Under the pieces are notes generated by a model. The model worked only from the letters and a program-made list of their open reading frames with translations, was not told the DNA's origin and did not search any database. The position numbers were made by a program, and so were the translations under genes. Shown in pieces: positions 63,256 to 64,000 of a stretch of DNA of 64,000 bases. The first letter of the stretch is position 1. Every line of letters begins with the position of its first letter. The stretch is from Mobula hypostoma (Eukaryota): contig NC_086097.1 of NCBI RefSeq assembly GCF_963921235.1, positions 161,822,001-161,886,000 of the forward strand, given 5' to 3'.

Positions 63256-64000
63256 GGGTACGTCCACACTACGCCGGATAATTTTGAAAACAAAGCTTTT
63301 TCTCTTCGTTTTGCCCTCCTGTCCACACTGAGCCGGCGTTTTCAGCCCCTGAAAACGGAGATTTTCGAAAACACTCTCCAGAGTGAATAAATCTGAAAAC
63401 GCTAAATATCCGGCGTAGTGTGTACGGGGTAAACGGAGAGATTTAAAAAACGTTGTCATGACAACACCACAACAACAGTGCTTTTTTCTGCTTCTGCTTG
63501 GTACTGCGCAAGCTGTTATAATGCGCAGTCGGTGTGAACGGTGTGAGAGTTAAATTGTAAAGTGAGCTTTTTTGACTATTTAAAAACGCTGTCATGACGT
63601 GCCGGAACAGATGTTCGTTGTTTTCTTTCACGCCACCACCTAACAATTTCAGAACAGATGGACTAGACTGAAGCCGGAAGGGTTAGAAATGTACTCACCA
63701 AATACTTTGACCCATAGCTTACTGAATAAATAAGTATACTCACTTCGCCCTGTTTTCTGTCCTTGCTTGTATGAAGATGGTTCACCTATTTATGCAAGTA
63801 CTTCTCTGACAATAGATATGTAACAGCCTAATGTAACATTGTATGGAAATACAAGATAACGCTGATGCAGACATTTTATACATTTAACAAGGTGCTTTAT
63901 TAATGCAACAGAGTTAGTCAGTTTTTCAATGTTCGTCGTCAGCTGGGTCATACTGTCGGTGAACTTGCTGTCGATTGCCTCCATACGCTCCAGTATTTGT
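63256..64000. mobile_element. Left end of a PIF/Harbinger-like transposon (runs off the window)
   Basis: Terminus GGGTACGTCCACACTACGCCGGATA preceded by TCA; inverted subterminal copy at about 63407-63430; coiled-coil-like minus-strand ORF tail 63790-63984. Confidence 0.6.

Overview
Vertebrate nuclear DNA, most likely a cartilaginous fish (ray/shark-type CR1, HE1/V-SINE and Deu-SINE repeats). It is largely a nested mosaic of transposable elements: CR1, Rex1/Babar, L1/Tx1, an RLE-type HERO/R4-like LINE, Penelope-like elements, SINEs, Tc1, mariner, Tigger/pogo, hAT, Harbinger and a probable solo LTR. The only host coding sequence I recognise is a short + strand exon at 38916-38961 (MEKSGCSPFPVCWAK, phase-1 donor). 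From recall it matches an alternative N-terminal extension of focal adhesion kinase, so the window is probably 5' intronic territory of ptk2. Other highlights: minimal hammerhead ribozymes in Penelope tails, a pseudoknotted 3' UTR on the RLE LINE, a full-length young L1 with open ORF2 and a 13-bp TSD, a foldback mariner MITE, and a three-level LINE nest. Family assignments come from motif recognition, not database searches. No prokaryotic operon or CRISPR array is present.
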